A DNA stretch of 19,843 nucleotides from Amoeboradix gromovi X-113. Its lineage: Eukaryota > Fungi > Sanchytriomycota. The stretch covers positions 1-19,843 of the forward strand of contig JADGIF010000105.1 in NCBI GenBank assembly GCA_018985225.1. The letters run 5' to 3'. A model generated the notes under the pieces. It had not been told where the DNA came from and made no database searches. It worked only from the letters and a program-made list of their open reading frames with translations. Below, one piece after another: positions 1-9,756 of the stretch. Within the stretch, counting starts at the first letter, position 1, and each line of letters opens with the position of its first letter. The position numbers and the translations under genes are program-made.

Positions 1-190
1 CGATCGAAAAACCTAGAAAGCGTGAAGATTGGTCGTTATTGCTCGTGTATTCTTGATATATCATTTATTCTTGAAATTTTAAGAGCTGTTTTTGTTACTC
101 TTTCTATTTGATGTATTAGATATTTTCATGAGTCTAGGCAAATAGAATGATGTGTAAAATGGTGCTTGAACTTTTAGTTTAAACTACTCT

Positions 191-468
191 CTTTATTCAA
201 AGTCCTGATTTCCAGGAAGTTCGAAAAGTTACACAGAAAAACTGTAAAGGCTAGTCGCTTAGTTACATTGGCTGCTTATGCTTCCACTATTCTTAAGCGA
301 GATTTACTTAGAAAGCAATAGTTAAATGCATGTTTCTTGCTTCCATGTGGTCTCTATCCGTTTCCAATTGAATTTGGTACATTTATTTGGCTCCAAATTG
401 TTTTCCTGTTGTCTATCGCACCTTGTACATGTTTGGCTACTTAATGGTTCACAGCATTCAATCAATAT
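191..468 (-). mobile_element. Old, degenerate right-end fragment of the IS607/Fanzor element (C-terminal RuvC/Zn-finger remnant plus 3' end)
   Basis: The minus strand from 468 reads ILIECCEPLSSQTCTRCDRQQENNLEPNKCTK, then after a frameshift LETDRDHMEARNM. This parallels MVECNESFTSQTCTRCG...CTKCHLEIDRDHMAARNI in the other copies. The reverse complement of 299-199 aligns without gaps to 1650-1750 at 73/101 identities (hand count), including GGAAATCAGGACTTT. Confidence 0.85.
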
Positions 469-471
469 CTA

Positions 472-684
472 GTTTTGTAAATAGTAGAGGAATATCTGTC
501 CAGGTGTTGGTATCCATTGATAGTTCCTGCGGTAAAATGTCTTATATGAGACCCAATTTCAGAAAATGTCCGCAACTCTAAGTCGGAGGACCTCCCGGAA
601 AGATGTGTCGGTCCCATATACACCATCAAGCCCTTTTTGGATATGAAAAATGCACTGACAATCTTCTTTAAAATAGCTTGCTGA
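472..684 (-). pseudogene. Decayed tyrosine-recombinase-like fragment (box I region)
   Basis: The minus strand at 621-562 reads VYGTDTSFREVLRLRVADIF, which matches the spacing of the integrase box I pattern YGxGxRxxExLxLRVxDI, but with the catalytic Arg replaced by Ser. The frame is interrupted by stops. 544-580 is 30/37 identical to 19446-19482. Confidence 0.4.
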
Positions 685-1166
685 TTACCACTTGAGCATA
701 TGCTGCAATATCTCAACCAATAACCATTCTCATATTCTGTCTTAATGTTTGTAATGTAATATTGTTCTTATCACATCCCTTCTTATTCCTGATAAACATT
801 CGTATCTGATGACATCAAGATGTAGGATTCCTAGTGTGTTTTAGATGTTCCACCTATTTAAAATGAGTACATTTTGTCAGAATGGGTCTCAAATATTTAC
901 TTTCTTTGAAGAATGCTTTAAGGTTATATTAGCATTTTTTAGAACTGAACCCGTTTCAATTGATGAGAATAACGGATATCGAGTTTTTATTACCATTGAA
1001 AGTATTTGCAAAAAGAATTATTTGCAAAATAAAGTGATGATGTCGCGGCATATACCTTGGTACCTATCGAAAGCCTGGGTACTAATGACTGTAATCTAAA
1101 GTATCAATTACATAGGGAAAATTATTATGTACATCGATAGAGACTACTTTTGAAAGTAATGGAGTC

Positions 1167-1757
1167 AGCTTGACTATTTTCTTGAATAAATCATTTATCG
1201 CGAATTTGTATGCATTTTTGTATCATTTCAAGACTTTTCCAGATTTTCTAATAGGTTAAATACTAGATATTCTTCCTTTTCGCAAACGGTAGATCAATTC
1301 TAAATAAATAATTAACAGGTACAGCATACAAAGGCATATGATCTTATATACTTGCCATCATTTAATACTAGCCAAATGATAAGTAGCTTGTCGAGCAAGG
1401 TCGCAAGAAATATGGTAACAATGTCCCATTACATATTCAAGCAACGTTTGAAGTTCAAGTATAAACAAAGAGGAAAGACGATGGTTGAGTGTAATGAATC
1501 ATTTACTAGTCAGACATGTACAAGGTGTGGTACTCTAATGAAAACCAATTTACAAACCTGAACCTGTACAAAGTGTCATTTGGAGATAGATAGAGACCAT
1601 ATGGCAGCAAGGAACATATACATCAAGTATATGCATCCTTATTCAATCCCGCCTCAGGGTAGTGAAAGCGTGAGCAATCACTGTAACGGAGCATCTAGAA
1701 TTGCTACTTTCTCTGTGGAAATTCTCGATTTTCTCGGAAATCAGGACTTTTAACGAG
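1167..1757 (+). mobile_element. Non-autonomous, internally deleted IS607-type element with Fanzor2/TnpB C-terminus (copy 1, 591 bp, AG...AG ends)
   Basis: Homology to the reverse complement of 15906-16473 starts at AG 1167-1168 (AGCTTGACTATTTTCTTGAATA) and ends at ...GGACTTTTAACGAG 1757; the flanks are unrelated. It contains a few TnpA HTH codons (SK*IINRYSI, ~1299-1328) joined to the nuclease C-terminus. Confidence 0.88.
1331..1753 (+). pseudogene. Fanzor2/TnpB-like RNA-guided nuclease, C-terminal remnant
   Basis: Reads KAYDLIYLPSFNTSQMISSLSSKVARNMVTMSHYIFKQRLK...VECNESFTSQTCTRCG...(TGA 1559-1561)TCTKCHLEIDRDHMAARNIYIK...GNQDF*. It shows Pro at the canonical RuvC-II Glu position, an alternative Glu in NES.TS, a CxxC...CxxC zinc finger and RuvC-III DRD..AARNI. 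The 5' part is deleted and there is one internal stop. Confidence 0.9.
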
Positions 1758-1777
1758 TTAGTGATGATATATCTGAA
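1640..1777 (+). ncRNA. Candidate omega-RNA (scaffold to 1757, flank-derived guide ~1758-1777)
   Basis: This 3'-terminal segment is conserved in three copies and has possible stems (AGTGA/TCACT, AGCAAT/ATTGCT, GATTTT-CTCG-GAAATC). Its position matches the known TnpB/Fanzor omega-RNA location. The boundaries are inferred and there is no expression evidence. Confidence 0.55.
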
Positions 1778-1812
1778 ATGATAAAATGGAATAATCCCCA
1801 TTTAGTTTCAAC

Positions 1813-3021
1813 ATGCCAAACTCATCAGATCCACCATTAAGACTAAATGAATTGGATTCACCCAGAAGACCCAATCTAAGATCACCGTTTGCTGATGTTT
1901 TCAACAATTTTTGGGCATCTTTCAGTACACCATCAGCAAATCCAAATGATACCCTAAATTCATCACCTACTCGCAATAGACCAGAAACAAGACAACCCAA
2001 GGAAACGAAAAGAAACCCTACTCCATTAGTATCTACTCCTTTTCTATCAACACCATTTGATAAAGCAGTTCCAACCCTAGAAGCTTCTACCACATCGCTA
2101 CAAAATAGTATCTCAAGCAAATTGAACAGCATTAAAGAAAAAGCCACTAGTGCAACCAACTCTACTACCTACTATCTAAGTGATTTGGTTTCGTTTCTCA
2201 CTAGGCAGTTTATTGCAATTCCTCTTGTTTGTTTTGTTGGAAGTATACATCAAATAAAATATTCAGATGATATCTGGGGAAAATTATGTAAATTCGCATT
2301 AAATCGAAATAACACTGCCTTGTATAAATACAGACAACGAGTTAAACGCATATTTATCATGTTTATTCTTGCTTTTGGCATTTTGTTCAACTTTTCACTT
2401 TCTTACAGATTGAACCATAAATTAACAAACGAATTACAAGAATTAACTGTAAGTATGCAATCGTATATGAACGAATACCAATCTTCGATATTAGGCATTA
2501 TTTCAAACATCCAGCAACAAATTAATCAGCCCATAAAAGCATCAGAGCAAGCTAAACCATTTGTAAAAAAGCAACTGAGTCCCAATATTGCTCACTTGTT
2601 CAAAATTATTGATATATCAGATCCCCTGATTGTCTATCCAGGCAATGTTTTGGGAAGGCTGGGTTTGATGTGGCAATATGCTTCATACTCGCCATTAGTG
2701 CTCTTAGAGGATGGGATCGCTGTGTTGGGTAAGAATTACTGTACAAAAGACTCGACTTTGAGTGTTAGAATAGCAGCATTGACTGATGTAAGTGCAAAGT
2801 ACTTATCAATCCGGTGGCCAAAGGCAGGTACAATTACTGTCAATAAGCCCACGAATTACACAATCGAGAATGTAGTACTTCACTATTCGGTGAATTCTAC
2901 TTATGAAGACGTCGAAATATTCCAAATCATGGAAAACAAAAAAATTTTGTTAAGATTTCACTACAATGAACAGGGCGAAAACTGCGCATACAAGATAGGA
3001 TTTCACATGGAGTATCATTAG
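1813..3021 (+). CDS. Putative divergent SUN-domain (Sad1/Mps3-like) nuclear-envelope protein, 402 aa
   Basis: S/T/P-rich N-terminus, hydrophobic helix IFIMFILAFGILFNFSLSY and a coiled coil. The C-terminal domain ends ILLRFHYNEQGENCAYKIGFH, resembling the SUN terminal motif (l.i.sN.G...ClYr.rvHG). Confidence 0.55.
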   Translation: MPNSSDPPLRLNELDSPRRPNLRSPFADVFNNFWASFSTPSANPNDTLNSSPTRNRPETRQPKETKRNPTPLVSTPFLSTPFDKAVPTLEASTTSLQNSISSKLNSIKEKATSATNSTTYYLSDLVSFLTRQFIAIPLVCFVGSIHQIKYSDDIWGKLCKFALNRNNTALYKYRQRVKRIFIMFILAFGILFNFSLSYRLNHKLTNELQELTVSMQSYMNEYQSSILGIISNIQQQINQPIKASEQAKPFVKKQLSPNIAHLFKIIDISDPLIVYPGNVLGRLGLMWQYASYSPLVLLEDGIAVLGKNYCTKDSTLSVRIAALTDVSAKYLSIRWPKAGTITVNKPTNYTIENVVLHYSVNSTYEDVEIFQIMENKKILLRFHYNEQGENCAYKIGFHMEYH

Positions 3022-3294
3022 TAAATGTTATGAACTTTATTAAATTAACTGGCTTTGTGCAACAGTGGTATTTTATAAACTCCACTTAACATCAACGTTA
3101 ACTGGGAAGGCGCTACTAGATGCAACTCTAAAAATATATGATAGCTCCACAATCATCATGAACTGTTATGTTTATACGGCATGTCTCTTTAGGTATGGAA
3201 GTTCTCGAAGTGTATTTAAAAATTGTTTTGTTAAATTGTGGAATGTCCAAAATAATTTTATTTTAGGATATCACTTTGTCTCGCAAGTTTCCAT

Positions 3295-3912
3295 ATGACA
3301 GATTACTTCGATGCGTCTTGTATTCGGAAGCAGTTGAGTAGGATTAATCCATCTAGTGACTCGATAGGAAGTGTAAGCCATTATTTGAATTTTCACTCGA
3401 GATATTGTAACGATGTGATGGAGATTTGGAAAAAGTTAATTTTAAACAGTAAAATGGAACAACAGTTGTTGCTACTATATGTAATCAATGACCTAGTTAC
3501 AATCAGCAGAAGAAAGTCTAGATGCTTTCAAGAGTGGATAATGGTTAACTTACCATCTATTTGGAATGATATTAGAAACACATTTAGTTTAGCTCTTTTA
3601 TTGAAAATACAAAGGCTGTTTGATACCTGGTCCAAAAACAAGTTATTTCCAAAGGAGTTTGTCAATGAACTACTAGCCACATCCAACTTAAATCCATTTG
3701 TATACATTGTGCAAGACGCTTTTAAATCGCTAAGATCTATGAATGATGAAGAAAAAAAAGAATATCTATATGACATGGTAAACAACGCAGAAGAGTGCTG
3801 CAAAGAATTAAGGAAAATGCAAAACCAATATGGTAGCCCTCGTCAAGTTAGTAATATGCTTTTAAATATTGATCAGGAAGCTCTAAACAAATTACTAAGT
3901 AATAATAAATAG
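3295..3912 (+). CDS. CID/RPR-domain RNA Pol II CTD-binding protein (Rtt103/RPRD1-like), 205 aa
   Basis: CID motifs L..IN.S.DSI..VSHY, LLLLYVINDL...SRRK and KIQRLFDTW.KNKLF..EFVNEL. Confidence 0.85.
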   Translation: MTDYFDASCIRKQLSRINPSSDSIGSVSHYLNFHSRYCNDVMEIWKKLILNSKMEQQLLLLYVINDLVTISRRKSRCFQEWIMVNLPSIWNDIRNTFSLALLLKIQRLFDTWSKNKLFPKEFVNELLATSNLNPFVYIVQDAFKSLRSMNDEEKKEYLYDMVNNAEECCKELRKMQNQYGSPRQVSNMLLNIDQEALNKLLSNNK

Positions 3913-3917
3913 TTTAT

Positions 3918-6900
3918 TTAAATTAGTACCTGGTTATCATCTTCACTAGTGTACGCATAGTCCAATGTGTCCAACAATTTGTCTACATCGCCTATTTGGT
4001 CCTCGTGTCCGGGAATCGTAGGTGAGGCAACAGCTGCCTCCTCATCCTCCAAATCCTCATTCATTTTCTTCTCTTTTCTTTCCCTCAGAAGTACCTGTCT
4101 TCGTTTCTTAACTTTTTCGCTTATTGTCACGAATCCATCTTGTAGCTGTGATGTTACGTTATTAGGAATCTTCTTTAGAGCCGGATGTGCATAGATTGCT
4201 GGCTTATTAGGATTTATTGGTTGAAGTGCTATTTGTTTAATAATATCTAAATCAAAGAACTTTTCCAGGTTCTCATCTGCAAGAACTACACCCCTAAGAG
4301 CATTGAAACTTATTTTGAATGGCACCTCGTGATCTCCCAACTCGGCTTGTGCAAACTCGTAGGCGGTTTTTAAAAATTTAGTGCAAGCATCAAGATACAC
4401 TTGGCGTTTATCGACTCTATTTCTGAAGATAAACAAAAAAGACTCTGATAGCTGAAACAGCTCTTCTTTTGTCAAGTAGCTATCTCCATCTCCATCAAAA
4501 TAACTGAACCACAAGTTCATCCTGCTAAGCAAATCTCCAAAATAAAGTTTGCCCAAATTAGTCACGATATTCTGAAAAGACACTCCAACTTCTCCACCCC
4601 ATGATTTGAATATTCTTTTTATTAATGTGCAACCTATTACCATTAGTTTAACATCTTCACTATCTGCTGTATCTAGCTCTTTACTAAGCTCCTCAAACCC
4701 CAAAACCTTATCCAGGGTACTGGATTCCAAATTACTTATAGTTCTGTCATGACGATGTTGCTGCTTCTGCTCTTGGAATGTCAACTGAATTTCCTTTTCA
4801 CTGAGGAATGCCCAAGGGGCTAGTGAGCTTATAAAACGAGCAAAATAAAATGAGTTCAACAACTCGTCACTCCTAAAACCACCTTCATATAGTATGGTGG
4901 CATAAAGTTTGTATAGCTCCTCCAGCTGGTCTCTACAAAACTTACTTGAATCTTTCAAGTGTCTGATTCTACTCTTTTTGGCTAAATCCTCCACTCCTTT
5001 TATGACATTCAGTTGGAACTGCTTGCGCAGATCCACAATTTGTGTAGCTGATATAATTCTAAACTCTTTTAATGCTACTATGAGCAGTTCTTCGAACCTA
5101 GTAGCTCCATCACCCCCGGAATCGCTGTTTTTAGCCATCAAGGGATCTGTACTCTTTAATTCCAAGTTACTGAAGTACTGCTTCATTATTTGGTATATCT
5201 CACCTTCGTCATTAGCATTCAATATCAAGTCCGCATTTATTTTGAATATTGCCAATGCAATTTGAAATAACACTTTTGGTCCTTCTACAAACAAGCAATC
5301 AAGTATTCTGATGGCATATTTCAGTGGCACTATACTTATGTACAAACTCAAAAACCAAGGTAGGCACTGCATACTCACACTAATCTCGATTCCGTTTAAA
5401 TGACGAGCTATAATTGGCAAATGTTGATCAATTAAATATTCCAACACTTTTAAATCCAGCATACCGCCATACATGTTAGTACTATAGTACTGTGGGAGCA
5501 TACGCTCGCATATGATAGTTAAAACCCAAAACGCTTGCTCTTCGTTTAAATAAATCAAAAGAACGCTGGTCACTAGATTCATAGCTTGGCAATATCCTAA
5601 TTCGATGTTGCTAACTGAGTATGCTAGTAGAACACGCCGTAGTCTAGAGATACCATCGGTTTCGTTTTGGTATGCCGCATATTCTGGCAGACTACGATGC
5701 AGATCCTTTTCAATCTCCTCGCTTGATATTGACTTGTGGTCCTTTGGTATAGCAGCTAATATTTCCTCGTAGTATCCTACAGTTAAAAACTCCTCGTATA
5801 AACTACCTGTAGCCCATAACCATAAGTCGGGTCTGTATCTATTTGGAACACCCATACGCACCAACCTTACCAGCTTACTGGTTTTGCACATTGTGATGTT
5901 AGCACCGTTTTCCTTCATGTACAACATCCAGGCTTTGAGTTTAGTGTTGGTTCTTAATTCTCTAAATTAATGATAAATACGATTCGCTAGTAGGATACCC
6001 ATAAACTTCTCCGAGATTGGGTTGAGCATTGGAAGGAGTCCTGATGCTTCTATTTATACTAGCTAAATAGTCTTGCTGGGACTTGAGATTACAAACAAAC
6101 ACTGAAACTCTATTAACTATTGGTTTTTGCTGCTTTAATCGCTGCAAAAATAGCTTCAGAAACTTGTCTTCTAACTGCTTACCTGTGCACTCGCTGTTTC
6201 CCATAAAGATGAATGATAGCCACAGATAGTGGAACGTTTTGATAAGCAATACACCAGGCAAACGCTGGCTTTCGTCGGATTCTCTTCTTTCTACCGTGCG
6301 AACTACAAACAGTGGCAAAACAAAAGTTAATTCCTTGTGTTGTGCAGTAAAACAAAAGAAGGTCTCGCTTAGTGCAAAGTATCCAAAAAGATTAATAAAT
6401 TTACCTTGATTTACATTGCAAGTACCATCTAGTATTACATGCTCGGAGTCAGGTAGATTATAATTAAATCTTAGGGTTTGATCTTTTCTTTCTTTCTTGA
6501 CATCGATCTCTGAGTTGTCTTGTTTTTTACGATCTGAATGCATGTTAGACAGATTTTGACCAGGTAAAGAATCCGCAGCAGCTGTTTTTAGCAATCTCTC
6601 AACCGCTTTGGTACCTAATGATTCTAAAACTTCAATCGTCTCTTGTAAATGGAACAAATTAATAAAGTGATAGGTCTTATCGGCAGCAATTATCTGTATA
6701 CCCCCACTTACTAAGTTTTTCACGGCATTATCCTTGCTGATTTGTTGTATATCTTTCAACTTTATGGTTTCTTTAATTTCTTGACCCATTATAAAGGAGT
6801 AATAACAGAGATAGTTATGACTAATGTACATCCAACCCTGTGACAACTTGTAAGAACAAGAATAGTAAGCAACTAACTTCTCTTCCTGGTTAATTTGAAA

Positions 6901-7287
6901 AAGCTCGTGAAAAGTACGCTCCGCATTAAGGACGTTAACATCTTTATTGCTGCTGTTCATAGACATTAGCTTGGTGTATACATAGTTGCACCTGTCTTCT
7001 TTATCCTCTAAATCATTCAGTTGAGTAAGTACGTCCTCTTTTAGACTCTTGAGATCTTTTTCTAATCCTTTTTGTGAGTCCGATGATGCGATAGCGTATG
7101 TGGTCTGATCTCTAAATATTATTAATCTGAATGGGAGTTGACTGTAATCCATGATACTTGTCAAAGTTCCCATAATGTTGGTAAATAGCTTAGATTCGAA
7201 TGATTTCTGCTTTTGAAGAATGAAAATATCATCAATTGAGAGGTTTTCCCAGCCCATGTTATTAACTTGCACTGGAAACAAAATCAT
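3918..7287 (-). CDS. Rab GTPase-activating protein with GRAM, TBC and EF-hand domains (Mdr1/Gyp2, TBC1D8/9-like); exons 7287-5981 and 5961-3918
   Basis: TBC motifs IEKDLHRS, LRRVLLAY and GYCQAMN; GRAM motifs EKLVAYYSCSY..SQGWMYIS.NYLCYYS; EF-hand DGDGDSYLTKEE. A 19-nt intron joins the two ORFs in frame (..PTSES|ELRTNTKLKAWMLYM..). The start was chosen at ATG 7287 (MILFPVQV..W..FILQKQK). Confidence 0.92.
5962..5980 (-). other. 19-nt spliceosomal intron GTATTTATCATTAATTTAG
   Basis: GT...TAAT-TTAG; removing it fuses the GRAM and TBC ORFs in frame. Confidence 0.88.
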
Positions 7288-7348
7288 TTCAATTGCAACA
7301 CAAAGTTTCAGAATTAGTGAGATACAAAAGAATGGATTTATTATTAAT

Positions 7349-8825
7349 TTACTCTTGAGGTGGAGGATTGACCACAAAAAGTTCTATTACTGTAGCAAAA
7401 ACTATGACGACACCGAATAAAATGCAAAGTATGTGAGGAATAAAATTATGCCATGCCAGTTTTAAATCAATGTTATTTAAATGCCAATTGATGTACAGGT
7501 ATGAAGCTGGAGGAATAATGAAAGCTAAATTAGTGATAAGTACCCAATGTACAGGCCGCGATTCCACCAGTTAAATCTAAAACTATCGCAACATCTTCAG
7601 TAAAGTATGCAACAACTAACGTGGACAATGTAAGACCAACTGTCCATAATATATGCCTTTTCACAGGCATTGGCGGTGGCTGGAACTCATCTTCATTAGA
7701 TAATGGTAAAACACCTGCCTCTTGTTCTGAAAAATGAGGTTGATGCACTTTTACTGAGTGCTGACTCTGGGCAACAGAGTGCTTCCTTGAGAGTCCAAAT
7801 GATTGCATAGAATTAGTTCTTGCAGAGTTGGATATAATAGATGACTCCTCGTCATCTATCTTAAATAGTTCAATCGCTTCCATAGGCGCAGAGCTTTGAA
7901 TTTGCCCTATTTCCTCGTTAACATTGGGAACCTTGACCAGATTTAAAAAAAAAAAGTTATCGGCGACTTCTCTAGCAACAAACAATTCCAATGGGTATGT
8001 CATCATCATGATGAAGCAGAATGCCAGCTTTGTACAAATACTCATTGTGTTTTCTGCAAAGTTCTCTAGTAAATCACTTTTAGTTCGTACCCCAAATATA
8101 TAATAACCTATTATGCCCGAGGTCATGCAGCAAGATAGTGCAGTGATAAAACAAATATTTATAACTTTTGAAAAACGCTCATATGTCGGGTCGGTTAATG
8201 AAGCTCGCATTAAAAATGTATTGTGATGGCAAACAAAAGCAAATAGCAAAATTCCGATAGCTCCGAAAAACCCTGCTTCAGGGTCAGATATTTCCGTTGG
8301 TTCTTTAGCATATGGTCCATGAAAAAGACGATAAATAATGACACCGATTATAAATAATAGCGTTCCAACACTTAAAGCAGAAGCCCTAGCTAGTGCACTT
8401 AAATTTTTGATAAGTGATATTCCCAAAATGATTGGATACACAAGTACTAATACGATAGTTCTTTCTATATCTAAACCGCACTTGCGTAGTAGTTTTGGAA
8501 GATTGTCACCAATTATAACATAAAATGCACAGAGACCTCCATACGCCATAGCAAATTGTAATACTGTTGATAAAATAAACCCTCGATACCCCAAAACATA
8601 TTCTAATAACAAGGGATATCTAAATCTGTTTGTCATTTCGCCACACCTAACTAGTAACTTCATTGTCCATGAAGATAGAAACGCGAGTAAACATGTCAAA
8701 AAAATGCCTAAAGGATAATCTACGAGTCTGAATGCAAAAGCTGTACCAATGACACCTGCTCCTAAAACTGAATTTATCATGTTAATAGTAACACCAAAAA
8801 TACCTGCTTTTGAACTATCGTGCAT
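7349..8825 (-). CDS. Amino-acid transporter, SLC38/AAAP family (Avt2/SLC38A11-like); exons 8825-7544 and 7524-7349
   Basis: N-terminal NMINSVLGAGVIG..FAF, GILLFAFVCHHN and TYPLELFVAR motifs, with many TM helices. After splicing it reads GGIAACTLAFIIPPASY followed by a final TM helix. Confidence 0.92.
7525..7543 (-). other. 19-nt spliceosomal intron GTACTTATCACTAATTTAG
   Basis: GT...CTAAT-TTAG; removing it restores the family motif L-A-F-I-I-P-P. Confidence 0.9.
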
Positions 8826-8949
8826 TTTTTAAATTTGAAACACAAGCCTCTTACTTTCAGAATTTTTGTGAGGCACCTAATATAGCACTCAATACTATTC
8901 AGAATTTCGACTAATAAATGCCTTAAAATGTTAAAAAACTACATTATAA

Positions 8950-9741
8950 ATGTTTCAAATTCTTGCATTGTTGGAAAATAATGAAGTGGACACCGCAGTA
9001 GATTTATTGAAAGATTTGGCATCAAGCAAAAGAAGCAAGTCAATTCAAACAGAGATAGAGTTTATGTCTGTGGAAAGTCAGGCAAGCATTACAATGTTGG
9101 ATCGAGACACATTTTATGAAGGAGTCATGGCAAACAAACAAGTGCAGTCAAGCCAAGATCATGTATGTAGATCATCTCAGAGTGTTGTAGAATTTAAGGA
9201 CTGTGAATGCGGCAACCATGTTGATTTTATGGACTTAGCTATACAAAGCCTCGTCAGTTATGTAGATAAAAGCGAATCTACAGATGTACCAAGGTTTCTG
9301 CATAACAGTGTTCAAGCAACGATAATAGGCCGAGACATTTCAACAAACTGCAATTGCGAATTAAAAGATGTAAGTTGCATGACAGAAGATCAAAACATAC
9401 AGCAGCTTAATTCTAAAATTTCCGATTTGAGTGAGAAAATAGATTTCACCAAGGATGAGTGCTCTAAATTTGATTCAGTCGCAATATTCCATGGCAATCA
9501 CACAACCGCTTGGTCTAAAAAGGCAAAATCAATTCGTACGTATTTGAGATATTTGGAAAGGCATGTCATTAGAGAACCCATATTAAGTGCTAATGACAAG
9601 GAGCTGTTTGATAGCATTCAAGAGAATTCTAGCATTATCCAAAAATTGGAAATCGCAAACAATTCAATTAGGAATGAACTAGATCAAAGAATACAACAGA
9701 AACCAATAAGTATGATAAGATTTCAAAAATTGCCATATTAA
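8950..9741 (+). CDS. Hypothetical protein with coiled-coil segments, 263 aa
   Basis: Long uninterrupted ATG-initiated ORF filling the space between genes, with AATAAA at the stop. No family recognised. Confidence 0.7.
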   Translation: MFQILALLENNEVDTAVDLLKDLASSKRSKSIQTEIEFMSVESQASITMLDRDTFYEGVMANKQVQSSQDHVCRSSQSVVEFKDCECGNHVDFMDLAIQSLVSYVDKSESTDVPRFLHNSVQATIIGRDISTNCNCELKDVSCMTEDQNIQQLNSKISDLSEKIDFTKDECSKFDSVAIFHGNHTTAWSKKAKSIRTYLRYLERHVIREPILSANDKELFDSIQENSSIIQKLEIANNSIRNELDQRIQQKPISMIRFQKLPY

Positions 9742-9756
9742 TAAATTTATTAGTTG

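Noticed and set aside
725-790. Minus-strand IRRDVIRTILHYKH*DRI resembling Fanzor VARNMVTMSHYIFKQRL
   Set aside because: Too short and degenerate, and not at the expected distance from the 468 fragment.
1745-1757. Element end TTTTAACGAG resembles the host 3' splice site TAAYTTAG (introner or IStron idea)
   Set aside because: The left end continues AG-CT or AG-TT rather than GT, the branch spacing differs, and all copies are intergenic.
3065-3298. 77-aa ORF between the SUN-like and CID genes
   Set aside because: GTG start, no recognisable motif, and it overlaps the next start codon.
7288-7377. N-terminal extension of the Rab-GAP ORF from 7377
   Set aside because: Non-ATG start overlapping the transporter's last exon; family similarity begins at ATG 7287.
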